DNA of 63,778 nt, filler included, from Octopus bimaculoides (lineage: Eukaryota): assembly GCF_001194135.2 (NCBI RefSeq). It is 8 parts of 8 records of this genome, joined end to end, with 100 filler letters (N's around TTAATTAATTAA, not from the genome) between each part and the next. Parts side by side here need not be neighbours in the genome. Positions count along the whole stretch, not along the records: positions 50,975 to 56,191 come from NW_026399181.1; positions 56,292 to 58,077 come from NC_068999.1; positions 58,178 to 62,429 come from NC_068997.1; 5 more parts are not named here. One strand, given 5' to 3'. Numbering within the stretch: position 1 is the stretch's first letter; each line of letters starts with the position of its first letter. The notes under the pieces are model-generated. The model was given only the letters and a program-made list of their open reading frames with translations, did no database searches and was not told the DNA's origin. Positions 51,737-62,529 of this stretch are shown here, piece by piece. The translations under genes were made by a program, and so were the position numbers.

Positions 51737-51809
51737 CACACACACACACACACACATATAGATATATACACATATATAGATATATACACATATATAGATA
51801 TATATATAA

Positions 51810-51952
51810 TTAGGAATGGTATTAAAAAAAATTGTTAAAATATTTTGCGAATTGTAGAAGTACAACCAATTTATTGCAGGCAAATTTTGACAAAATATAT
51901 CGTATATGGACCCTGCCTAGGGTCATCCGAACCCTGGTTGAGAACTGCTGCA
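51810..51952. mobile_element. hAT-like MITE fragments (CAGxGGTTCTCAAC end); relatives at 3180-3272, 24362-24495, 31740-31855, 38140-38280
   Basis: Shared gaagtacaaccaatttattgcag..aaaatcttatatggacc..gttgagaaccactg sequence. Confidence 0.5.
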
Positions 51953-52791
51953 CTAGACTATGCAGTCAGTGCCAGATTTACAAAAGAACAAAAAAAAAAA
52001 ACAAAAAAAACACAGGATGGGCATGGTTGGAGAGCCTTTGATTTCTTTTTCAGGTCTGTGGGATCAGGACTATCCCGGGGTTAAATAACAAACAACACAA
52101 TTATTTTTAGGGAGTAGTCGATGATCAAGAGGACAAAACAAAGAGAGAGAGAAGAGGGTCTGGAGGGGGCAGGGAGGGAGGTGTCTTTTTAAAATATTTA
52201 TTTATATTTTACTTCTTGCCCCCTGCTTCCCGCCCAACCCCACTCTTCCCTTCACACACTGACACTTCTCTAACAGACATAACAACAACNNNNNNNNNNN
52301 NNNNNNNNNNNNNNNNNNNNNNNNNNNNNNNNNNNNNNNNNNNNNNNNNNNNNNNNNNNNNNNNNNNNNNNNNNNNNNNNNNNNNNNNNNNNNNNNNNNN
52401 NNNNNNNNNNNNNNNNNNNNNNNNNNNNNNNNNNNNNNNNNNNNNNNNNNNNNNNNNNNNNNNNNNNNNNNNNNNNNNNNNNNNNNNNNNNNNNNNNNNN
52501 NNNNNNNNNNNNNNNNNNNNNNNNNNNNNNNNNNNNNNNNNNNNNNNNNNNNNNNNNNNNNNNNNNNNNNNNNNNNNNNNNNNNNNNNNNNNNNNNNNNN
52601 NNNNNNNNNNNNNNNNNNNNNNNNNNNNNNNNNNNNNNNNNNNNNNNNNNNNNNNNNNNNNNNAGAGAGAGAAACGTTGAGGGGTGAGTGAGTTCATAAG
52701 ATGTTGAGAGACGAGAGAGACAATTGGTGAGAGTGAATTAACGAGAGAGAAACAGAGATGAGAGACTGTGAGCGAATAAACTGAAAGAAAC

Positions 52792-52837
<46 letters not shown>

Positions 52838-52971
52838 TCTATTTTGCCACATTAGATCTAAAACAACATAAAGTGATAAACAATAACAGCAAGCAAATAT
52901 TGGGTTGAAAACCCTTTTTTTTTGTAGGGGATAGGAAAACACTGAAGGCTGACCATAGGACTCAGACAGAC

Positions 52972-53017
52972 CTCTCTGTAGACAAGAGTCCCACAGGCAC
53001 CCTTCAATTTTTTCCAC
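52972..53017 (-). CDS. Candidate small exon (W)WKKLKGACGTLVYRE
   Basis: ttccttttag| acceptor; phase 2 matches the 55241-55294 exon; donor gtctgt is weak, so the 3' end is uncertain. Confidence 0.3.
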
Positions 53018-53710
53018 CTAAAAGGAATTTCCACACCAATATTTACAGCTTTATGTTGCTCCAAGATCCGATGTTCAAAAAATGAATTATTTCACATTCT
53101 TTATGACTTCAATAATATATACACAACGCTGCTAAGATTTTCACTTACAAGGCTAAATAGTCTAGAAATAAGCAAAAACAAAATCTCTGGCTTTGCTAAT
53201 GCTGTGTTGGAATTCCCTCCTAGAGAGAGGTGTTGAAACAAAGACTAGTGGAGGGGTCACTCATTTCCAGCTGTTGGGAGATCATTGACTCTACTGGGTT
53301 CATCCATACATTGATAGGTTGTGGCTTTCATCCTGCTCAAGGGTTCAACACAATCTGCCCTCCTTACCAAGCAAGTTTGATAGGGTTCCCGGTTTAGTTA
53401 GCAACAGCCTGACCATCCAACGGGTTGTACAGGGTAGCCTGATATACACATGTAATTGCATATATTCTAATAATTGTATATGCGTGCATATATACATATA
53501 CATATATGTATATATATGGCTCAGAGTTTAGGGTATTGGATTCACAGTCATGAGGTAGTGAGTTCGATTCCCAGACCGGGCTGCGCGTTGTGTTCTTGAG
53601 CAAGGCACTTTATTTCACGTTGCTCCAGTTCACTCATCTGTAGAAATGAGTTGCGACATCACAGTAATAATAATGCCTTCACCTTTGCTAAGGCGGAGGT
53701 AATAATAATG

Positions 53711-53742
<32 letters not shown>

Positions 53743-54473
53743 TATTATTATTATAATTATTATTAAGCCGGCAAGCTGGCAGAATCATTAGCACGCCGGG
53801 CAAAATGCATAGCAGCATTTCTATTGGCACTTAATGTTCTGAGTTCAAATTCTGCCGAGGTTGACTTTGCCCTTCATCCTTTTGGGGTCAATAAATTAAG
53901 TACCAGTGGAACACTGGGGGTTGATGTAATCAACTAGTCCCCTCCCCCAAATTTCAGGCCTTGTGCCTATAGTAGAAAGGATTATTATTATTACTATCAT
54001 TATTTGGTACATGGCCAGAAATCATTAAGGGGGAAGTCAATTACATGAAGCCCCGACAATATATGATTGGTACTTTATTTTACCAACCCCCCAAGTGGAT
54101 GAGAGACAGCCTGAAGAAATACCACAAGGCACTCTAGTTTGCCCCCTTTCACAATGGTTTCCGATCTAAGTATGAGTCCATCAGTTTTTGAAGTGAGGCG
54201 GGAGTTGTGAATACTTATTGACCCCTAGGAAGTGGGGATAAAAAGCAAATATTAACGAAGGTGGGATTTGAACTCAGAATGTAGAAATTTTAGGAAATAT
54301 GCTGCAAGGCATTCTGTTTGACAATCTAACAAACAATTCTGCCCGCTGAGGACACCAGCTACAACAACAACGAAAGCAATGCCAATAAAAACTACAACAA
54401 AAACAAACAGCAGCACAATTGCACTTTCCATATATAAACATGAAGTGAACAAATTACTTTGTTTTATGGAAAA

Positions 54474-54509
<36 letters not shown>

Positions 54510-54702
54510 CGTGTGTGTGCGTGTGGGGGGGGGGCGTTATGTGTGTTTATGTAAGTATTATTAAATGAGTCACACTCTGTGCGTGTGTGTTTGTATGCGT
54601 TCCATAAATGTCAAAAAGAAGTTCCAGATCATATAGCCAATATCTTTTAGCGGTTGCCAACCACCTTCCCTCCAATTTAGAAAATTCACGTAACCATGTG
54701 TG

Positions 54703-54766
<64 letters not shown>

Positions 54767-54837
54767 GATGTATGTGTGTCTGTATACACACACATATACA
54801 GAAACACACACACATATAGACACATACCCAAAAATAT

Positions 54838-54886
<49 letters not shown>

Positions 54887-55027
54887 TAGATAGATAGATA
54901 TACAAACAAACATATACACAAACACACACAAATATATATATACATATATACATACAGACACAGATATATATACATATATACATACACAGATATAGACACG
55001 CAAACACACACGTATATACACCCACAC

Positions 55028-55065
<38 letters not shown>

Positions 55066-55240
55066 GCACACACATATATACACAAACACACCACATACTC
55101 ATATACGTAGGCAAAGATGGACATAAACATATATATATATATATAGGTATGCTTATACATATACATTTACACATACTTGTGCACAAATGCATACACACAT
55201 GCATACATACATGAATACACGCATTCTGTTATAGACATAC

Positions 55241-55294
55241 CAAGTGTCAAGATTTTGAATATTAACAGTTAACCATTCTTCCACTCGAAACTTC
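55241..55294 (-). CDS. Candidate 54-nt exon KFRVEEWLTVNIQNLDT(W)
   Basis: caacag| acceptor and |gtatgt donor; only one frame is open; phase 2 to 2. Confidence 0.4.
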
Positions 55295-55580
55295 CTGTTG
55301 TTAGAATCAAGCAATGTAAAAGGAACAAAATTTGGTGATAAGAGAAAAATATAAGCCAAAGAAAATGTGAAAAATTTTAGTGGTTTGGAACCTAAAATTG
55401 TTTTTGCCTCAACCAGTCAGCAGTTACTTATTTTTTTTTTTGAGAAAGAATAAGTAAATTAAACAACCAATCAATTAAGAGTGTTATTACCATTATAGAA
55501 GAAATTAAGGCTTCTAGTCTGAATCCAGTCTGGCACTATAAAGCATAACATTGTTATTACCATGTGAAACACACCAAACA

Positions 55581-55768
55581 TTAACCCTTTACTATTCAAA
55601 CTGGCCATATCAGGCTTCTCACACCTGTCCAACAATGTCATTCTAAATGTAAGCAATCACATCAGTGAAATCCCAAAGCTACAAGATAATAATATACAAT
55701 GAATTCAAGATGATGTGAATAAACAAGAATTACATTTGACAGAGAAATATGAATGCTTAAAGGGTTAA
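55581..55768. mobile_element. piggyBac-like MITE (TTAA target site, CCCTTT terminal repeats)
   Basis: TTAA-CCCTTTA...TAAAGGG-TTAA around a 180-bp body; related copies at 25750-25964, 25965-26173, 31490-31713 and 58627-58822. Confidence 0.7.
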
Positions 55769-55823
55769 AGAAAAAATGAAACAAATAAATAAACAGATAT
55801 GAATAAATAAAAGATAGGCTTAC

Positions 55824-55958
55824 CCCAAGCTCAGCATCCGGGTCAGGTGAAGCAGGCCTTTTGCCCTCCATCCTGCCACCACTGGCACCGAGTTGAGTTC
55901 CACACTTGAACTGTCTGTGAAGTTTACTCTAAGACTTGTGAGGAATACATTCCATCAC
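55824..55958 (-). CDS. Candidate exon ending ...GWRAKGLLHLTRMLSLG (phase 2) or MEGKRPASPDPDAELG (phase 0); 5' boundary uncertain
   Basis: gg|gtaagc donor; pyrimidine tract + cag acceptors at 55968 and 55959; GC-richer than its flanks. Confidence 0.35.
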
Positions 55959-56191
55959 CTGTAATAACTGAAAAAGAGAGAGAATTGGTTTAGTAAGAAT
56001 ATGCATAGCAACATGTGGTAAGTAACTTGCTTCCCAACCACATGGTCCCGGTTTCAGTCCCACTGCGTGGCACCTTGGGCAAGTGTCTTTTACTATAGCC
56101 TTGTGAGTGGATTTGGTAGATGGAAATTGAAAGAAGCCTGTCGTAAGATCCCTATGGATCACACAGGTTGTAATCCTTTGAAACATATGTA

Positions 56192-56291
56192 NNNNNNNNN
56201 NNNNNNNNNNNNNNNNNNNNNNNNNNNNNNNNNNNTTAATTAATTAANNNNNNNNNNNNNNNNNNNNNNNNNNNNNNNNNNNNNNNNNNNN
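56192..56291. other. Artificial 100-bp join spacer
   Basis: 44 N + TTAATTAATTAA + 44 N. Confidence 0.95.
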
Positions 56292-56356
<65 letters not shown>

Positions 56357-57355
56357 GATTTTTAGTAACCGCGTGTCTGTATTCTCTGAATCAAATGTTT
56401 TATTTAAATAATCCCGTAAAATGATATTTTATTCATTTCCTCTCAAAACTGTTTATATTTAAACTTCAGGTGTATTCCCGCTTACCTTTTATCTTTCATC
56501 TTTTGTTTCAGTCGTTATCCTGCGGTGATACTAGGATACTTCCGATAAAATTTACTGATGATTTTAAATTTATGACGTATTGTATGATTAAATATCATGT
56601 AGAAGTATATGGAAACATCGCCTTATTTTCTACAGTATATTGTAATGGCGATATTTTAGTTTGTGTTTTTATTGCATTGTGCTTTTATTCATGGAATTAT
56701 TATGAGTTTCAGCTTTGTTTATGTGAGTGAATTTATATTTTTGAATTGTATTGTTCGCAAATCCTTTCTTTGCATATTTCTTCCCATGAAAAGGAAATCA
56801 ACCTTTTAAACTGAATAATAACTAATAAACTGCCAAAAATATTTGTTGGGCTATGCTTTAGAAACATTCTTTCCAATACATATATTAGTTGGAAATTACT
56901 TGATAGGAATATAAAACCAAAGAAACAAGTGACATTCAACTTATTGCTTTCATCTGAATTTCATTGCTTACGCTACATAAAAACGTAATATAATTCATAA
57001 ACATTTTCAAATGTCACTTTATAATGATAATATATATATATATGTATGCATATATAGGTACGGGACGTCACCAACAGTAAACAATATGAAATACGAAAAC
57101 AAATGAGTTCAATACGCAAACAACGAGAGAAACAAATGGAAAACAGGACAAGTAACACAAAGAACGACCTTCATCAGTTGTCGGCTGTCTATCTACTCCT
57201 CGTTTCGAACATTGAACGACAATATGAGTCTTCGAAGACAGTTGCTTCCATAAGTACGAAAATAAAATTTTGGATTTATGGAGGGTCAAATGTTTTCTAT
57301 TTGTTTCTCTCGTTGTTTGTTTACTATTGGTGGCGTCCTGTACCCATATATGCAT

Positions 57356-57403
<48 letters not shown>

Positions 57404-57961
57404 ATATGTATATATATATATATTGATAGAAAAAGTAAGACAACAAAAGAAGGAAAGAGACCTCGTGATTATGTAAATAGAGGGATTTATCTGTAAATAA
57501 TATGTGACAATTATTCGGTAGCCATGTTAAAACTCCGAGTTTCATACACACGTCTATATACGCACGTGCACAAGGAAAAACAGGGCTAAAGGCAAAATAC
57601 AGAAAGAAGTGTAAAAAACCTTTTTTGCGCGCGTGTGAGCGTGTTGCGCACGTGTGTGTGTGTGTGCGAAAGAGTATGCGGGTATGCATATATTTTTTGG
57701 CGAATATGTGGGTGAGCATGTGTGTGTTTCAAGTGAGGTTGGATGAGGATATACATATAGGCGCATGTACGTGGGTGTGCAGGTGCGCATGTGTACGTAT
57801 GAACTGGTACGCTTACGCAAATACTATGGACATTCTTACTCCCTTACCTTTACTCTCTTTTCTCACTTAGCAGCCATTCTAATAGCTCTTTTGTCTTAAT
57901 AACGGTCAATCACACAGTAATTTCCTTTTGTTTAACGGTCATTTTCATAGCATTTTTTCGA

Positions 57962-58034
57962 TGGCCAGATAACTGAAGAGATGGCGGCGTAGGTTTCCGC
58001 CCGACATCCGAAACTCGGAGTTTTATCATGGCTA
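57962..58034 (+). ncRNA. Type-I hammerhead motif with extended stems I and II
   Basis: UGGCCA-GAUAA-CUGAAGA-GAUG..GCGG..CCGC..CAUC-C-GAAA-CUC(G)GAG-UU^-UUAUC-A-UGGCUA; one unpaired C before GAAA. Confidence 0.65.
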
Positions 58035-58077
58035 CCGAATAATTGTCACATATCATATATATATATATATATATATA

Positions 58078-58177
58078 NNNNNNNNNNNNNNNNNNNNNNN
58101 NNNNNNNNNNNNNNNNNNNNNTTAATTAATTAANNNNNNNNNNNNNNNNNNNNNNNNNNNNNNNNNNNNNNNNNNNN
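58078..58177. other. Artificial 100-bp join spacer
   Basis: 44 N + TTAATTAATTAA + 44 N. Confidence 0.95.
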
Positions 58178-58339
58178 ATATATATATATATATGCATGTA
58201 TATATATACTTACAGATAGATAGATATAGATATATATCCTCTTTCTTCTATTGTAAATTGGTATTACAAAAAAGACAAAAAAACAGTATTACAAACACAC
58301 ACCAAAGAAGTATAAGAAACTTCATCAGGTCAGTATAAG

Positions 58340-58498
58340 TTACGTATCATCAAGGCTGACTGGAGCTATTTCTTGCTCATCCACAAACAGAGAATAAACA
58401 ATACCAGACCTACGATTGCCACTACTTGATGCTCGGATGTATGCAGAATGGTCACAAATTTCGAAGTGGGTCTCTGTTCCACCATCCACAAATTCTGC
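58340..58498 (-). CDS. FAIM: Fas apoptotic inhibitory molecule, last coding exon
   Basis: ttaag| acceptor; AEFVDGGTETHFEICDHSAYIRASSSGNRRSGIVYSLFVDEQEIAPVSLDDT* parallels FAIM GEFVDDGTETHFSIG..CYIKAVSSGKRKEGIIH. Confidence 0.93.
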   Translation of the reverse strand, partial: AEFVDGGTETHFEICDHSAYIRASSSGNRRSGIVYSLFVDEQEIAPVSLDDT

Positions 58499-59826
58499 CT
58501 TAAGTAGACAAAGAATGAAACAGTATTAAGCTTAAATGTTTAATAATTTTCTTTTTAAACATGACAGGAAACTACTGCATTAAATATTGTTTTTACTTTT
58601 CTCAGAATTGCCAACATCAATATTGTTTAACTCTTTAGCATTCAGATTACTCAGTCAAATGCAATGCTTATTTATTTACATTGTTTTGAATTAGGCATGT
58701 ATTATCGTATAACATTAAAATTTCAATGATGTCCATGTCTGTTTTAGAACAACATTGTAGGGTAAGTGACAGAGGCAATATATTTTGGCCGGATTTAGCC
58801 AGTTTAAATGCTAAAGATCTAATGTTCACTTTTCCATGCTTGCATGGGTCAGACAGAATTTGCTGAGGCAGGTTTTCTACAAGCAAATACACTTTTTGTT
58901 ACGAACCCTCTGGGAAGAGGTGGTCTGTATTTATTCTGGCCTCTATCCTTTGATCTGTCCAGCATAGGAGGTCCTACCAGTAGCTGGTGCTCCACTGACA
59001 TAACCGTCAAGGTCATTGAGGCATTCAAACTACCGCATTGCAACAAGTACTGGCCCATGTGGTGGACATATCTGTAGCAGGAATATTTAGCAACCGAATC
59101 CAAATACAAATCAAGAATACGATTGTGATTTGCTAGAATATTACCAACATCTGACTTTACTGACATGGGAGGTGAGAAAGACAGGTCTATAATTTTTAGC
59201 ATCCACTCTGCTATCTCCCTTATGGATAGGACATTTCATGCCTTCCTGTGAAACCGGGTCTAACAACAATTGGTGTGCTTTTTCTGAGCCAGACCACCAC
59301 TATACATCCAGCGCATTTTAGCCACCACCAACAGATGAGAGATATCAGACTGAACACAAAAAACAATAGCAGAAGCACCAGCTGGCCAGAGCGCTGTGAC
59401 AGCACAAAAACAATGGACAGATGGTGACCACAACACACAATGACCAGCTAATACCTTGACAACTACTGCTATCATATTTAGTCCAAGAACAATAAGCTTC
59501 AAACTATTTTGGTGTTTGTTGTTCATAGTAATAACAACGTTTTTTTGTTTACAAGAATAAATATTTTTTTAATCAAAAATCTCAAACAGATTTCTGTGCT
59601 CTATTATAACATATCCATACTGTTGTAGCTATATCTTCTGAACACATTAGCTGATAAAATTAATATCTATCTCTTCAGTTAGAGTGGTGTCCACCTCTCA
59701 TGAAAGTAAACCTTACATAGCCAATGGATCATACACAACTCTTTTCCCTCTAGCCTTTGCAGAGCTTTCACATTTGACAGAAAGAGAACATGGAAAAGCC
59801 ATGGAAAATACGAAAGCAATACTAAC

Positions 59827-59876
59827 TGTTGGGTTGGCTTTTTCTCCATTGATCCAGATTTCAAGAGTGTCCTTTT
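59827..59876 (-). CDS. FAIM: FAIM short internal exon
   Basis: tttcag| and |gttagt; (E)KDTLEIWINGEKANPT parallels EKDAMDVWCNGKKLET; phase 1 to 0. Confidence 0.9.
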
Positions 59877-59972
59877 CTGAAATTATGAAAATAAAAGGAA
59901 ATCTTGGTATTTTAATCATGTGACGTACAGGTCACGTTGTGGAACCAACAGCACAACAAGAGACAACAAGAT

Positions 59973-60200
59973 TGTAAGAACAAGTATAGATGGGCTGGTC
60001 ACATCGGTCAACCAAAGGTTAACAGATGGACAATGAGAGTGATGGAATGGACATCAAGACAATGGACATAACCAAGAGACCAACTAAAGATAAGATGGTG
60101 ACATGATCTCATCATGTAAGCCCCATTACCTGGCCATGACTAACCAGAGATGGACAACAGTGGAAAGAGTGCAAGGAGGGGTTTCTCCTTCAGGAGTGAT
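59973..60200 (+). mobile_element. RTE-type LINE 3' end fossil
   Basis: KYRWAGHIGQPKVNRWTMRVMEWTSRQWT*PRDQLKIRW resembles the RTE KWRWAGHI.R..DNRWT..V.EW.P...KR.RGRP..RW tail. Confidence 0.7.
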
Positions 60201-61669
60201 GAAGCCCTGGATGTGGACATACAGGTCAAGGTATAGATTACATCATTGTTAATACTTGTTGGTGTGTAGCATCAGGAGAAATCCGATCGAGCAGACCAAT
60301 GGCCTGTCGTGTAGCTGATGGTGGTGGGACAGTCTGTCTTGGGCGATGCTTTTATGAGGGTGGCACTTTTGATTCTGCTGAATAAGCTGTATAGAGGAGG
60401 GGGTGGGGGAGAAAAACTCAGGGGTAACTCTGGGTGGCACATACTCTAGCTATGCCCCTAACATTAAAATGCACATAGTTGGCCAAATGTGAAGCTGTGA
60501 CCACAGGATCATATAGCTAAAAATATACCACACATTTCTATCAACCTGAGTACCATACAGTGTCACTGCTCTTCTCCCCTCTGGCCAAGATATCATTAAC
60601 TACCCTAAGCCTACCCAAACATGGCATCTTTCTTCTCTCACCTGTATTAACAATATCATTACTATCCTACAGGTAGCATACCTGTAGTTACTCCATCTTG
60701 TGCACCCCCTCTCCTCAACCCTTTCCCAATCTTTATTACCGTCCTCTCCCACTTCCCTTATCTCTTCTCCCATGCATTCCAGCAACCTCCCTAACTCACC
60801 CCAACTGTTACTGCTTCTGCTACCTGAAGTGCCACCTGGATGCCTCATCACCACTGTCTATTGCCTTGGAGATACCTCTTATCCATTCCTCCTCTCTCTC
60901 TCCTGAATGTGAGTAGCCATGCAGCACGTCTATAAGAACTTACTTGACCCCAGTCTCTCCCTTTATACCTTAACCCCCATCGAACATAAGGATGCAATAT
61001 CTTCCCTCCCTGGGTTTGTAGATTTGTTAGCGACATGGTGACATCAGTAGTGCCAGCGACATGATCCTTGTCTAACTGTCCAACACATACAAACACAGAA
61101 CGTAGATAACATAGATATTAAATGATGATGACTACAACATGGTACTCTGTTGCTATATATCTATACATCCTAGTGAAGGTCATAGCAGAAATAAGCAAGA
61201 TGTACTTGATCAAAGCCTAGTAATTACTGTTCCTTAGCATTTATCACTGGGTGAGTGCATTTACACAATGTTGTATGTGTGAGTGATGCTGAGGGGGAAA
61301 GGCTCTTGATGCTACTTGGACTGCTAGAAATGGGAAGAAAATCTTCCACAAATCACACTATGCTGCATCAAAATTGAATCAATAACTCTAATTATTTAAT
61401 TAGATATTTAATACCAATTTGCTCTAAAGCAGCCATATTAAAGTGTTCCTATTTGAATTGAAATTTCATTTAAAATCTCGTTGCTGCGTGAATAGCAACA
61501 TGAGATTAGATTTTTTCAACATCAACATGAGAGCCCAAGGCAATGAAGGGAACCACTATGTGATCACTTGATCTGCTAGAAAGAACAACCAACTCTTCCT
61601 TAGATCTCACTGTATTTCCTTGCATACAGGAAAAAGATGAAAAATAATTTTAAACAAATAGGAACATAC

Positions 61670-62035
61670 ATAGCTCCGTGGTAAGAAACTTGTTTTGAAA
61701 CCACATGGTTTTGGGTTCAATTTCACTCTGGACCTGTGTCTTCTACTATAGGCCTTGGTTGACTAAAACCTTGTGAGTGGATTTGGTAGATGGAAACTGT
61801 AAGAAGCCCATCGTGTCTGTTTGTATGTATGTCTTTGTCTTGATGCCTGCCTCTGCCCACTACTTGACAACTGGGTGTTAATTTGTTTATGTTTCCACAA
61901 CTAAGTGGTTTGTCAAAAAGAGACTGATACCATAAGTACCAGCCTTAAAAAAATAAATACAGGGGTCAATTTGTTTGACTAAACCTTTCAAGGCAGTGCC
62001 CCAGCATGGCTGCAGTCCAATGACCAAAACAAGCA
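61670..62035 (+). mobile_element. SINE family 1 in FAIM intron
   Basis: Head, core and tail match, with CpG decay. Confidence 0.8.
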
Positions 62036-62053
62036 ACAGACGAAATTACTCAC

Positions 62054-62276
62054 CGAGGGTAATTCTGATAGGGTTTTCAGCAACGTTGACAATCCATGAT
62101 TTCATGATCTTGCGTTGGTTTTCCATGAAGTTTTCATAGTCTTGTCCATTCACTTGTAAGGTGTATTGGTAAGAAAATCCATTGGATGCATCGATGTTAA
62201 TAACACATTTGGTCTTACCAATGTTGAATTGGACTCCACCGACCAGCTTAAACAACCAGTCCACACGGTAAATCTC
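62054..62276 (-). CDS. FAIM: FAIM internal exon; first coding exon not found in the window
   Basis: cctccag| and g|gtgagt; EIYRVDWLFKLVGGVQFNIGKTKCVINIDASNGFSYQYTLQVNG...SWIVNVAENPIRITL parallels EWMFKLVG..F.VG..KATINIDA..GFAYEYTL.ING. Confidence 0.95.
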
Positions 62277-62429
62277 CTGGAGGAGGAAACAAATATAAAA
62301 AAAAAGGGATAAAATGACCTATGTGAAGAAAAATATATTCTCATCACTTTTGTTTTAACAACTACCTTTCTAATGTTTGCAGATACATACATACATACAT
62401 ATATATATATATATATCTATATATATATA

Positions 62430-62529
62430 NNNNNNNNNNNNNNNNNNNNNNNNNNNNNNNNNNNNNNNNNNNNTTAATTAATTAANNNNNNNNNNNNNNN
62501 NNNNNNNNNNNNNNNNNNNNNNNNNNNNN
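62430..62529. other. Artificial 100-bp join spacer
   Basis: 44 N + TTAATTAATTAA + 44 N. Confidence 0.95.

Noticed and set aside
57150-57240. Type-II hammerhead (GAAAC before CUGAUGA)
   Set aside because: No stem I hairpin and only weak stem II pairing
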